A stretch of 64,000 nucleotides of DNA. Source: an uncultured delta proteobacterium. Lineage in GTDB: Bacteria; Myxococcota_A; Polyangia; Polyangiales; JAFGIB01. Both the position numbers and the translations under genes were made by a program. The notes below the pieces were generated by a model. That model saw only the letters and a program-made list of their open reading frames with translations. It was not told where the DNA came from and did no database searches. Below, in pieces: positions 1 through 9,651 of this stretch. Numbering within the stretch: the first letter of the stretch is position 1; each line of letters starts with the position of its first letter. The stretch spans positions 384,001 through 448,000 of the forward strand of contig CAVZVA010000011.1 in the NCBI GenBank assembly GCA_963778655.1, written 5' to 3'.

Positions 1-174
1 GTCGAAGACCTCGTAGACGGTTCCCATCCCGCCCTCGCCGAGCAAGCGGACGACCTGATATCGGTCCGTGCCTCGCCACTCGCGACGCGGAATGCCGACC
101 TCCGCCGAAGACGGGTTGCCCGCCGCCCCCTTCGTCGTGTCGAGCTCACCGCTAACCGGGTCGACCAACGCCAC
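1..174 (-). CDS. Ser/Thr protein kinase, N-terminal part (runs off window edge)
   Basis: Manual translation of the reverse strand gives ...DRYQVVRLLGEGGMGTVYEVFD, the Hanks kinase Gly-rich loop. The GTG start at 174 is tentative. Not in the ORF track. Confidence 0.85.
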   Translation of the reverse strand, partial: MALVDPVSGELDTTKGAAGNPSSAEVGIPRREWRGTDRYQVVRLLGEGGMGTVYEVFD

Positions 175-232
175 TCTGGGCTCAAATATAGCAAATTTCC
201 GCGTGTTCTGCAGTGCGCGGCCCCGGCCGAGC

Positions 233-396
233 CTAGTGCACCGCCGTCGAGATGAGATCAAGGGATCGCGGGCGAGGTTGGCTTGAGCGCAAGGCGCCAC
301 GACGCAGGAATACACCTCGTATTTCAAGGAGTGGCAACGCAGCGGGCGAGCCCGCATCGTTTGCGAGGATTGATCGCATCTCGATGGCGGTGCACC
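233..396. mobile_element. MITE-like element A (~160 bp)
   Basis: 26-bp inverted repeats at 236-261 (GTGCACCGCCGTCGAGATGAGATCAA) and 370-395 match at 24/26. CTAG lies at the left end. Internal core CAGGAATAC-ACCTC-GTATTTCAAG. No plausible coding. Confidence 0.75.
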
Positions 397-496
397 AAAT
401 CAGAGCTCGCGATTCGGGATCGAATCACAAACTCTGATTTCTCCTTTGATTGTCAGGGAGTCGCGCCGACTCCCTGTGCGCGAGGCAAAGCCTCGC
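395..496 (+). repeat. Repeat family B, copy 1 (3'-truncated)
   Basis: Near-identical to 60014-60115 and to the reverse complement of about 23972-24073. Directly abuts element A. Confidence 0.9.
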
Positions 497-718
497 CGGG
501 GCAGAAGGATGCCTCGACGCCGTCCGGGGAAGCTCGCAGCCCGTGACCTTCGGCACTTTCACGGGCGTGTGCGCGTACGCCATCACCGATTTCGCGGCGC
601 TGGAAGCGCTCGGCATCCGGAACGCGCGCATGGACCACCCGACGGCGGCGCTCATCGAGACGGCGCGCACGCCCGACACGTTGCAGTACCGCAACGCCGC
701 TGGCCACGGCGCGGCGGC

Positions 719-1132
719 TCAGTCTTCGCGGCGCTCGAATTGCAGCGGCGGGCGGCCCGCGCGGCGCCGGATCGCGGCGACCAGACCGTGCACGCCGGGC
801 AGCCGCAGCAAGCGGCTCTCGAGCCTGCGCTTGCCGGGAAAGCTGAGCAGCGACAGCCCCGCGAGGATGGTCAGGATGCCCTGGCCCGGTAGCACCAGCA
901 TGGCCAGCCCCGCGAGCAGCAGCAGCGCGCCTAGCGCGTTGCGCGCCAGACGCAGCAGCATCCGCAGCGGCGCGGACCTCGGCGCACCGTGGTGGGCCGC
1001 TTTGGGCTCGCGCACCAGGTAATCCGCCGGCATGCGCGCGACCGCCCACGGCACCAGCACGACCCCCAAGACCAGCACGCCGAGTGAAAAGCCCAGCGTG
1101 AGGCCCGCAAGCGTGGGGTGCAACCGATCCAT
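719..1132 (-). CDS. PGPGW-domain small membrane protein
   Basis: Hydrophobic helices plus the motif LAMLVLPGQGILTILAGLSLLSFPGKRRLE typical of this family. Confidence 0.8.
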   Translation of the reverse strand: MDRLHPTLAGLTLGFSLGVLVLGVVLVPWAVARMPADYLVREPKAAHHGAPRSAPLRMLLRLARNALGALLLLAGLAMLVLPGQGILTILAGLSLLSFPGKRRLESRLLRLPGVHGLVAAIRRRAGRPPLQFERRED

Positions 1133-1170
1133 CGGGATTGAGCCGCCCCGTGTGGGCTCTCGACGTCCTG

Positions 1171-1458
1171 TTAGGACTTGGCCGCGTCTTTGATCTCGGT
1201 CTTGACCCGTTCGTAGCCGCGCTTCAGCTCGTCGAGCAAGCTGCGCGCCGCGTCACCGATGTCCTTGGCCGGTTCCTTGGCTTGCGCCCCGACACGCTTG
1301 AGCTCGCCCTGGACCCGCTCCCAGGTCGACTCCAAACGTTTCCATTCCTCGCGTGCCTCGGCCTTGGCCAGGTGCACCTGCAGCCGCAGCTCGTCGCGCG
1401 CCTGGCTCAGCAGCTCGAGCTCGCGCTCCATCGATGCCTTCAGTTCCTTGTCAGCCAT
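1171..1458 (-). CDS. Small coiled-coil hypothetical protein
   Basis: Helical charged sequence RDELRLQVHLAKAEAREEWKRLE. ATG at 1458 is preceded by GGAGGGAAG. Confidence 0.8.
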   Translation of the reverse strand: MADKELKASMERELELLSQARDELRLQVHLAKAEAREEWKRLESTWERVQGELKRVGAQAKEPAKDIGDAARSLLDELKRGYERVKTEIKDAAKS

Positions 1459-1540
1459 GGCTTCCCTCCGCACAGGTATGCCGGGTACGTAGGCACGGCG
1501 CCGCCCGCAGCAAGGCCTCTGCGCAGCGCGGCGCCGCGGC

Positions 1541-3256
1541 TCAGGGCTGTACCACTTCGCGCTGGAAGAGCAGCGGAAAGTGCAGGTCGCTCGGTAGGTT
1601 ACTTGCGGGAAAGCGCCAGGCGCGGATGGCGGCGCGCGCGCAGCGTTGCAGCTGCTCGGGCGCGGCGCCTTGCAGCGCCACCCGTTCCACCGCGCCGGCC
1701 GGCGTCACCGCCACCGCGGCATCGATGCGCACGCTGGCCAGGCTCGCGGCCTCCGCGCTCGCGGGCTCGTCGAGGCTCGCGACCACGGCCTCCTGATAGC
1801 AGCGCTGCAGCTCGTCTTGGTGCGCGCGCAGCACCTCCGAGACCGCGGCCAGCCCCAGCGGCTGGGCCTGGGGTTGCGCCGGCGGCGCTGCGGCTGCGGG
1901 CTGCGCGTTCGGCGCCGCGGGCACGGGAAGCACGCCGGCCGCGCGCGGCGCGCCCGCCACGCCTGCTGCGGGCACTCCTGCTGCGCGGGTGGCCCCCGCG
2001 CTCGCCGCCGGCGCGGGCGCGGCTGCTGCAGGCGCCGGGGACGCCGCCGCCGGTGCCGGCCGCGGCGATGCAGCTTCGGCCTCGGCCGCGATCGGGGCCA
2101 GCGGCGCCAGCCGAGCGCGCGCAGGATCACGCGCGCGGCCGATCGCGATCCACGCCACGACCGCGCCGAGCGCGAGCGCGAGCGCGCCCAGACCAACCGC
2201 GCCGCGCGCGCCCCACGAACGCGCGCCGGCCGGCGCCGGCGCCGCTGCAGCACTGGCGGCGAGCGCCGCGGGAGGCGGCGCGATCGGCCCCGCGCCCGTC
2301 TGCTGCGCGCGGCGCGCGTGATCGAGCGCGTGTTGCAGCGCCTCGGCCATCTCCGCGGCCGATTGCCAGCGCTGTGCCGGGTCCTTGTGCAGCGCGCGCT
2401 CCACCACCGCCACCAGGCGCACCGGAAGCGCGGGTTTGCACGCGCCCAGCGGCAGGTGCTCCTGGGTGGAGATCGACACGATCAACGCCTGCATGCTCTC
2501 GCCGCGAAAGGGCGGGTGCCCGGCCAGCGCCTGGTACATCACCGCGCCGACCGACCACAGGTCGGAACGCGCATCGACCGCGTGGCCCAGCGCCTGTTCC
2601 GGGCTCATGTACAAGGGCGTGCCGAGCACCGAGCCGGCCACGGTGAGGCCAGGCTTGCCGGGCTCGCTGAGCGAGGCGACGCCGAAGTCGAGCAGCTTGA
2701 CCTGGGGCTGCTCACTGCCCGCGGGCGTGAGGAACACGTTCTCGGGCTTGATGTCGCGGTGCACCAGGCCTGCGTCGTGCGCGGCACCGAGCGCATCGAG
2801 CAGCTCGAGCACGATCGCGCCCAGGCGCGGCTCCGACATCGCACCGCTCTCCAGCGCTTCGGACAGCGTCTCGCCCTCGAGCAGCTCGAGCACCAGGTAC
2901 AGCGAGCCATCGTCGTCACGGCCGCCGTCCAGCACCTCCACGATGCCGGGGTGGCCGACCGAGCCGGGCGCGCGGGCCTCGCGCAGGAAGCGCTCGGCGG
3001 CCAGCTTGGAGCGCGCGAAGGTCGGGTGCATCAGCTTGACCGCGACCCTGCGTTGGGTGAACTGGTGCACCGCCTCGTAGACCGAGCCCATGCCGCCGCT
3101 GCCGAGCAGGCGCTCGATGCGATACTTGCCCGCGATCTCGCCGCCCACCCGCTCGGCGGCCAGGGTCGCATCACCGGAAGCCACCGCGGCCCGGCGGACG
3201 GCGGGCTTGGCCCGCGGGCGTCCCGAACGCGTGCCTATCGGATCCGAAGAAGCCAT
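1541..3256 (-). CDS. Membrane Ser/Thr kinase with C-terminal AgmX/PglI (TonB-C-like) domain
   Basis: LGSGGMGSVY, VAVK, HRDIKPEN, DFG and YMSPEQ motifs, then one TM helix, a Pro/Ala linker and LQRCYQEA...CARAAIRAWRFP. The upstream part of the 1284-aa ORF is an antisense shadow. Confidence 0.9.
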   Translation of the reverse strand: MASSDPIGTRSGRPRAKPAVRRAAVASGDATLAAERVGGEIAGKYRIERLLGSGGMGSVYEAVHQFTQRRVAVKLMHPTFARSKLAAERFLREARAPGSVGHPGIVEVLDGGRDDDGSLYLVLELLEGETLSEALESGAMSEPRLGAIVLELLDALGAAHDAGLVHRDIKPENVFLTPAGSEQPQVKLLDFGVASLSEPGKPGLTVAGSVLGTPLYMSPEQALGHAVDARSDLWSVGAVMYQALAGHPPFRGESMQALIVSISTQEHLPLGACKPALPVRLVAVVERALHKDPAQRWQSAAEMAEALQHALDHARRAQQTGAGPIAPPPAALAASAAAAPAPAGARSWGARGAVGLGALALALGAVVAWIAIGRARDPARARLAPLAPIAAEAEAASPRPAPAAASPAPAAAAPAPAASAGATRAAGVPAAGVAGAPRAAGVLPVPAAPNAQPAAAAPPAQPQAQPLGLAAVSEVLRAHQDELQRCYQEAVVASLDEPASAEAASLASVRIDAAVAVTPAGAVERVALQGAAPEQLQRCARAAIRAWRFPASNLPSDLHFPLLFQREVVQP

Positions 3257-3544
3257 GCGGCGGCAGCCCGTCCCGCCGGCCAGCGGCGGGTCCGGAACGC
3301 GCTTCGATAGTAACCCGGCAGCCGGGCGTGCCGCGCGCTGCGCGCGTGCAGACCCACAATTGGTGGTTGCGGCAGCCACATGGCCGCAGAGCGCCCGCAC
3401 AGGGCGCGCAGCCTCGCGCGGCGGAACCGCGGTCCGGATGGCAAGCGGTCGAGCCCCGTGATACGGAGTCGAGTTTCGCGGCCCCGTGCCACGAATGCTT
3501 AGCGACGTTTCGGGCCCGGCAGCGTAGCGTAATAGGAGCTTGAT

Positions 3545-6500
3545 ATGACCTTCATCCCCACCCGGGAGCGCCGCAGCCGCTGGCTGGCGGCGGTCGTGGC
3601 GTGCCTGGCGGCAAGCCCGCTCGCCTGCAAGGGCGGCGCGGCCGGCAGCGGCGCCGCCGACGCGGGTGGTGCCGACGCGGGAAGCGTGGCCGGTCCCGAC
3701 GCGGCGACGGCGATGGCGAGCATGCTGCTGCAAGCGCCCGAGGCGCGGCAGATCGGCACCCTCGCGCTCGACGAGCCGCTCGCGGACGTGGTCGAGCTCG
3801 CCGGCCTCGCGCTCGGCCTGCACGCGACGCACGGCGTGTCGCTGCTCGACCTGAGCGACCCGACCGCGCCCGGCGTGAGCTCCAGGCTCGACACGACCGG
3901 CCCCGCGGTCGGCGTGGCGTACGACGCCGAGCAGCGTGTGCTGTTCGTGATCACGACCAGCGGCGACCTGCGCGCCTACCGCGTGGCCGACCCCACCGCG
4001 CCGGTGCAGGCCGCGCAGACCACGATCGCGGAGCCCGGCGAAAGCGGCGACACGATCGCGGGCCTGGCGCGCGTCGGCAGCCGGCTGTTCGCGCTGGGCC
4101 AGGCCAACCTGCTGCCGATCAGCATCGAGCACGGTGCCGACGGCAGCCTGGACTTTCGCGCGCAGGACGCGGTGCCGCTCGACGCCCGCCCGCAGTGGCT
4201 GGCCGCGGGCGGCGACGCGCTCTACGTCGCGTTCAAGGACGGCAAGGTGCAGGTTTTCAGCAGCGGCGACGCGCCCTCGATGCGCGACCAGACCAATCTC
4301 GGCGCGGACGTGGCCGGCTGGGTCGTGCGCGGCAACCGCCTGCTGGTGGCGCTCAAGGGCCTGGGGCTGCGCGTGGTCGACATGACCGTGGTGGGCCAGG
4401 CCAAGGTCGTATTCGACGCACCGGGTTTCGACGACCCCACGGCGCTCAAGCGCTTCGGCACCCTGGCGCTGGTCTCGCTGTCGCGGGGCCTGCTGGTCGC
4501 GCTCGATCTCAGCTCGCTGCAAGCGCCACGGCCGCTGGTGACGCGCAGCGGTGCCGTCCCGGACTGGATCGCGCCGCTCGGTGGCAACCTGCTGCTCGGC
4601 TCGGGCAAGCAGCTCGACGTCCTCGGCGTCCCGCCGTTCGTGAGCGCGACGCTGCCGAAGCTGTCGCGCGACGCGCTGCCGCGCTACGCACGCATCCCGC
4701 TGCAGCTCAGCAAGCCGGTCGATCCGGCAAGCGTAAGCGTCGACCACGTCAAGCTGAGCTGCGGCGGCAGCGCGGTGGAAGGCACGGTCTCGGTCGGCCT
4801 GGACGGCATGCGCATCACCTTCCTGCCCAAGGCCGATCTTCCGGCCGGCGTCGGCTGCTCGCTCGCGCTCAGCGGGATCAAGGACGTGCTCGGGCTCGAC
4901 CTCAGCGTGCCGCAAGCAGCGCCCGCGCTCGCTTTCAGCACGATGACGCAGGCGCCGGCCGCGATCGACAACCCGAAGAGCGGCTATGCGCACACCGCCG
5001 ACGGACAGTTCACCGACTGGCAGAAGGGCAAGAGCCAGGACTTCGAATACTTCGACGTGAAGCCCGCGCGCGGCATGTACAGCTACTTTTACGCCGATCA
5101 CGACGGCACGCGGCTGTGGCTGCTCAACGACTGGTTCTACGACGGTGATGGCATCGCGCCCGAGTGCTACAACCAGTTCGGGGTGTGGACGGGCGGCGGC
5201 AGCCAGCGCTGGGACATCCGCGCCTACGGCGACCAGCACGTCGAGGTGCGGCTGAACGGCGCGCTGCTGCCGGCCGACGACAAGCGCGTCCACGGGGGCT
5301 ACGGCCGCGGGCCATCGCCCAACCTGGACGAGCCGCACACCATCTACGAGATCGCGATTCAAACCGCGCCCGGCACCTGGGGCGTGCAGCTGCACGATCC
5401 GGGGCCGACGTTCGGTTGCGAGCAGCTCGAGACCGATCCGATCACCTACGAGGCGATGAGCACGAGCAGCGGCAGCAGCATCGATCCGACCTCACCGCCG
5501 GCGGCCCCGGCCAAACCGCAGCAGTCCGCGCTGCAAGGCGTGGTGGGTGCGACCCCGACGCTGGCCTGGACGACCACGGACGCGCCCGGCAACTTCACCG
5601 TGTACCTGGTCGAGATCAGCAGCGGCAGCGACCTGGGCCAGATCATCTACCGCGTCTGGGCTTACGGCCCGGCCTTCACCCTGCCGCTGGGACTGCTGCA
5701 GTCGGGCACGACCTACACCTGGCGCGTCACCGCCTACAACCTCGCGGGCTCGGCGCAGGGCGATCCGGCCACGTTCACCGTCGGTCAGCCGGCGATTCAG
5801 AGCGCGGGTGCGCCCAAGCTCGACTCGGTCACGCCGAGCAGCGTGACGCAGAGCACGACCCAGGGCCTGACCATCAGCGGCAGCGGCTTCGTGCAGGGCG
5901 CCACGGCTTACTTCGCGGGCACCGCCCTCAATACCACGTTCGTCAGCTCGACCGAGCTCATGGCGATGCTCGACCCTGCCAACGACGGCAGCACCGGCAC
6001 GTTCGCGCTCACCGTACGCAACCTCCCGAGCGACCCCGCGACCGAGAGCAACGCGCTGCAGGTCACCGTGCAGGCGACGCCCTCGACCTGCAGCCACCCC
6101 GAATGCATCCCGGGCGGCGCCCTGGCCGGCGACTGCTCGGCCTGCGCGACCGAGGTGTGCGGCGGACACGCGAACTGCTGCAGCGCCGGCTGGGATCCGG
6201 GTTGCGTGAACGCGGCCGCGGGCTCGCAGACCTGCGGCTGCAGCCCGCCGTCGCTCTCCGAGGTGGCGCCGACCACCCTCGCCGCCAGCACCGCCACCAC
6301 GCTGACGGCGACGCTGGCGAATGCGCCGGCCGGCCAGGCCTACACGCTGGTGCTCACCGGAGGCGGAGGGAGCGGTGATGGGGGGCCGACCACGGGCTCC
6401 TTTCCCTGCACCGCCACCACCGCCGACAGCTGCAGCGCGAGCGTGAGCCTGCCCGCGGGTACCTACGACGTGAAGATCGTGGTCGGCACCACTCCCACGC

Positions 6501-7468
6501 TGGACACCAATACCCTCAGCAGCGCGCTCACGATCAGCCCCGCGACGGCCTGCGTGCACGCCGAGTGCGGCGCGGGCGCGGCCCTGCAGGCGGGTTGCTC
6601 GAGCTGCGTCACCGGCGTCTGCACCAGCACGCCGGCGTGCTGCTCGAGCAACTGGGGCCTCGACTGCGTCCTGGTCGCGTACGGCTTGCAGGCCTGCAGC
6701 TGCACGCAGCCGTCGCTGACGAGCGGCGCGCTCAGCGTGACCAGCCAGAACGCGGGCGACAGCACCCCGCTCAGCGTGGCCATTTCCGATGCGCTGATCG
6801 GGGCGAGCTACGAGCTGTGGCTCAGCCCCAATGGCGACGGCGGCACCGGCGGCTCGTTCCCGTGCACGCTCAACGGCGGCGGCACGGCCTGCGACGCCAC
6901 CGTCTCGGGCCTGACGGGCGCAGGCAGCTACGATGCGCGCCTGCACATCACCAGCGGCGCCGAGGGCTACGACAGCAACGTGCTGGCGAACGCGTTTACG
7001 GTCAACGCCGCGGCCGGCTGCGCGCACAGCGAATGCCTGCCCGGCGCAGCCCTAGCCACGGGCTGCAGCGCGTGCGTGACGACCATCTGCAACAACACCG
7101 CCTCCTGCTGCAGCGGCTCGTGGGACGCCACCTGCGTGGGCCTGGCGCCGACCCTGGGCATGTGCGGCTGCAGCACGCCCGCGCTCACCAGCCTCGGCCC
7201 GTCGGGCCAGAACGCCGCCGACAGCACCGCGGTGACCGCGACCATGAGCAATGCCCCGTCGGGCGCGACCTACCAGCTGGTGCTGACCCCGGTGGGCGGC
7301 GGCAACGAGTCGCTGTTCGACTGCGTGTACAACCCGCAACCCGGCAACACCTGCACCGCGACCGTCTCGGGCCTGGCCGCGTCCACGGCCTACAACGCCG
7401 CGATCCGGGTCGGCACAACCCCCAGCTACGACACCAACACGCTCGACAGCGGCTTCATGGTCAACTGA
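3545..7468 (+). CDS. Large modular surface lipoprotein (LVIVD-like propeller, Ig-like, FN3, IPT/TIG, three Cys-rich modules)
   Basis: Lipobox-like PLAC; LVIVD-type repeats (LLDLSDPTAP, LRVVDMT); IPLQLSKPVDPAS Ig-like motif; YTWRVTAYN (FN3); LTISGSGF (TIG); three CxHxEC...CC..W...CV modules. Confidence 0.85.
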   Translation: MTFIPTRERRSRWLAAVVACLAASPLACKGGAAGSGAADAGGADAGSVAGPDAATAMASMLLQAPEARQIGTLALDEPLADVVELAGLALGLHATHGVSLLDLSDPTAPGVSSRLDTTGPAVGVAYDAEQRVLFVITTSGDLRAYRVADPTAPVQAAQTTIAEPGESGDTIAGLARVGSRLFALGQANLLPISIEHGADGSLDFRAQDAVPLDARPQWLAAGGDALYVAFKDGKVQVFSSGDAPSMRDQTNLGADVAGWVVRGNRLLVALKGLGLRVVDMTVVGQAKVVFDAPGFDDPTALKRFGTLALVSLSRGLLVALDLSSLQAPRPLVTRSGAVPDWIAPLGGNLLLGSGKQLDVLGVPPFVSATLPKLSRDALPRYARIPLQLSKPVDPASVSVDHVKLSCGGSAVEGTVSVGLDGMRITFLPKADLPAGVGCSLALSGIKDVLGLDLSVPQAAPALAFSTMTQAPAAIDNPKSGYAHTADGQFTDWQKGKSQDFEYFDVKPARGMYSYFYADHDGTRLWLLNDWFYDGDGIAPECYNQFGVWTGGGSQRWDIRAYGDQHVEVRLNGALLPADDKRVHGGYGRGPSPNLDEPHTIYEIAIQTAPGTWGVQLHDPGPTFGCEQLETDPITYEAMSTSSGSSIDPTSPPAAPAKPQQSALQGVVGATPTLAWTTTDAPGNFTVYLVEISSGSDLGQIIYRVWAYGPAFTLPLGLLQSGTTYTWRVTAYNLAGSAQGDPATFTVGQPAIQSAGAPKLDSVTPSSVTQSTTQGLTISGSGFVQGATAYFAGTALNTTFVSSTELMAMLDPANDGSTGTFALTVRNLPSDPATESNALQVTVQATPSTCSHPECIPGGALAGDCSACATEVCGGHANCCSAGWDPGCVNAAAGSQTCGCSPPSLSEVAPTTLAASTATTLTATLANAPAGQAYTLVLTGGGGSGDGGPTTGSFPCTATTADSCSASVSLPAGTYDVKIVVGTTPTLDTNTLSSALTISPATACVHAECGAGAALQAGCSSCVTGVCTSTPACCSSNWGLDCVLVAYGLQACSCTQPSLTSGALSVTSQNAGDSTPLSVAISDALIGASYELWLSPNGDGGTGGSFPCTLNGGGTACDATVSGLTGAGSYDARLHITSGAEGYDSNVLANAFTVNAAAGCAHSECLPGAALATGCSACVTTICNNTASCCSGSWDATCVGLAPTLGMCGCSTPALTSLGPSGQNAADSTAVTATMSNAPSGATYQLVLTPVGGGNESLFDCVYNPQPGNTCTATVSGLAASTAYNAAIRVGTTPSYDTNTLDSGFMVN

Positions 7469-7550
7469 CCGGGCCGGTGCTACTAAAGCGGCTCGGACAT
7501 CCGTTCCGGTTTCCGACCGAAGCCAACTGGCGCCCAGCGGGGGTGACACG

Positions 7551-8057
7551 ATGCCGGCTCCTGATGCATCCACCGAACAGCAGAGCGCCACCGCACGGCC
7601 AAAGGGCCCGGCGCCGGCCAAGCCGCGTGCGCGGAGCCAGCTCGCCTCGACGCCGCTGGGCTCGTTCGTGGCGCGCGTGCTGCTGGGAGCCGCCGGGCTG
7701 GGGCTCGTGCTCGGTTTCTTCCTGCCCTGGGTGTCGATCGGAGGCGCGGCCGCGATCAGCGGGCTCGGCCTGCTGGTGACACAGGGCGAGCTGGTGGATC
7801 TGATCACCGGGCCCTACCGCATACTGCTGTTCGCGGTGCCGCTGTTGGGCTCGGGCTTGCTGGTCGGCGCGCTGAGCGGGCACCGCATCACCGTCTGGCT
7901 CGCGCTCGCCGCGGGTATCGCCGTGCTCAGCGGCGGGCTGTACACCGTGATCCGCCTGTTCCTGAGCTCGACCGGGCTCGGCATGTGGGTGGTGGTCGCG
8001 AGCGCGCTGATCTCGCTCGCGGTGGGTCTGCTCACCATGGGTCGTCGCAGCAGCTGA
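7551..8057 (+). CDS. Hypothetical membrane protein (~4 TM)
   Basis: Four hydrophobic segments, GFFLPW motif, coding-like codon usage. Confidence 0.75.
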   Translation: MPAPDASTEQQSATARPKGPAPAKPRARSQLASTPLGSFVARVLLGAAGLGLVLGFFLPWVSIGGAAAISGLGLLVTQGELVDLITGPYRILLFAVPLLGSGLLVGALSGHRITVWLALAAGIAVLSGGLYTVIRLFLSSTGLGMWVVVASALISLAVGLLTMGRRSS

Positions 8058-8096
8058 GACTCGGCGCCGCGCTGGCGTTGTGGGCTCCCGCGCTTT

Positions 8097-9509
8097 GTGA
8101 CAGATCGGGACGTGGGCATGCGAGCACGAACATCGGCGCTGCGCGCGTTCTTGCTGGGAGCGCGCGGCGAGTCGGCCGAGACGCCGCCGCCCGGGCGAGG
8201 CGAGCCCGCTACCGCCAGCGAGCACGCTCTTCCCGTGCGCGGCTCGGGTCTACCCGGAGCGGTGGTGGTCGCGCCCCTGCCCGCCACCGCCGCGGCCCGA
8301 CGCGTGCAGACCGTTGCCGACCCCGACGTGCGCTGCATCCTGGCGCTGGCCGCGGCGCTGCTCGGGTACGGGCTTCCCGCGCACCGCGTCGAGGAGGCAG
8401 TGGCGCGGCTCTCGGGCGCGCTCGGTCGCAGCTGCACGGTGTTCGGCCTGCCCACCGCGTTGACCATCACTTTGCACGGCCCGCGCGGCACCGATAGCCA
8501 CACCGTGCGCGCGGAGCCGGGCACCACCGATCTGTCCCGGCTGGATGCGCTGCACCAGGTGGTGGCGCGCGTGGAGCGCGGCGAGCTCGACGCCGCCGGT
8601 GCCGAGGCTCAGGTCGACGCGATCCTGAAGGCGCCGCGCAAGCTGCCGCGCTGGCTCGACGCGTGGGCGATCGCGCTGGTCGGCTTCGGCGGCACGCTGA
8701 TGCTCGGCGGCAGCATGCTCGACGCCGCGTGGGCGGCCGCGCTGGGCCTGCTGGTTGGCGCGCTGCTGTGGCTCGGCAGCACGCGGCCGGGGCTCGCTCG
8801 CGTCACGCCAGTGGCCGGGGCGGTGCTGATCACGCTGTGCAGCAGCACCCTGACCCACGCCGGCCTGCTGGCGCACCCGCTGGTGGTGTCGTTTGCGGCG
8901 CTGTTCGTGCTGCTGCCGGGGCTGACCCTGACTCTGGCCATGACCGAGCTGGCGACCGGACACCTGGTCAGCGGCACGGCGCGCAGCATGGGGGCGGCGG
9001 TGGTGTTTCTGCAGCTCGGGCTAGGCGTGCTGTTCGGTGTCAGGCTGGGGCGTCTGGCCGAGGCCGAGCTCGCGCCGCTGCCGCCTGCCACGCTGTGGCC
9101 CGCGACCTTCGGCGCGCTGCTGCTCGCACTCGGCTTCGCCGTGCTGTATGCGATCCGTTTCTCCGACCTCGGACACACGCTCGCGGTCAGCGCGCTGGCG
9201 TTCTTCGTCTGCCGTTTGGCCGGCGCCCGACTCGGGATCGAGAGCGGAGTGCTGCTCGCCGCCTGCGCGGTCGGCCTGTACAGCCACGCCTTCGCGCGCC
9301 GCCACGACCGGCCATCGAGCACGCTGACCCTACCCGGCGTCACCATGCTGGTGCCGGGCAGCTTGGGCCTGCTGAGCGTGTCGGCAGCGGCGATGCACGA
9401 CACCTCGCGCGCGTTCGACATCGGCTTTCAAATGCTGATGATCGTGATCGCGCTCAGCACCGGCATCCTGCTCGCAGCCGGCGCCCTACCCCCGCGCACC
9501 GAGCTCTAG
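8097..9509 (+). CDS. Threonine/serine exporter ThrE family
   Basis: LLGYGLPAHRVEE, DLSRLDAL, LLPGLTLTLAMTELATGHLVSG and LPGVTMLVPG motifs; about 10 TM. Start uncertain. Confidence 0.85.
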   Translation: MTDRDVGMRARTSALRAFLLGARGESAETPPPGRGEPATASEHALPVRGSGLPGAVVVAPLPATAAARRVQTVADPDVRCILALAAALLGYGLPAHRVEEAVARLSGALGRSCTVFGLPTALTITLHGPRGTDSHTVRAEPGTTDLSRLDALHQVVARVERGELDAAGAEAQVDAILKAPRKLPRWLDAWAIALVGFGGTLMLGGSMLDAAWAAALGLLVGALLWLGSTRPGLARVTPVAGAVLITLCSSTLTHAGLLAHPLVVSFAALFVLLPGLTLTLAMTELATGHLVSGTARSMGAAVVFLQLGLGVLFGVRLGRLAEAELAPLPPATLWPATFGALLLALGFAVLYAIRFSDLGHTLAVSALAFFVCRLAGARLGIESGVLLAACAVGLYSHAFARRHDRPSSTLTLPGVTMLVPGSLGLLSVSAAAMHDTSRAFDIGFQMLMIVIALSTGILLAAGALPPRTEL

Positions 9510-9523
9510 ATTTGCTCGAACCG

Positions 9524-9631
9524 CGCTCGGACGGCAGCGTGCGGTGCTGGGGCAACAACGCAAACGGACAACTGGGCAATGGAGGTGGCTTGAACGACAG
9601 CTCGCTCACGCCTGTGCGGGTCGTGTTGTAG
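9524..9631 (+). pseudogene. Orphan C-terminal RCC1-like repeat fragment
   Basis: RSDGSVRCWGNNANGQLGNGGGLNDSSLTPVRVVL* is one RCC1 repeat with no start codon or upstream repeats. Confidence 0.7.
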
Positions 9632-9651
9632 CGCTTCGACCCAGGCCCTGC

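Noticed and set aside
3474..3492. Sigma-54 promoter for the kinase (TGGCACG on the minus strand); similar site at 27666
   Set aside because: No GC at the required GG-N10-GC spacing.
3257..5395. N-terminal ~710 aa of the 1284-aa minus-strand ORF
   Set aside because: Antisense shadow of the 3545-7468 gene; kinase similarity starts only near 3256.
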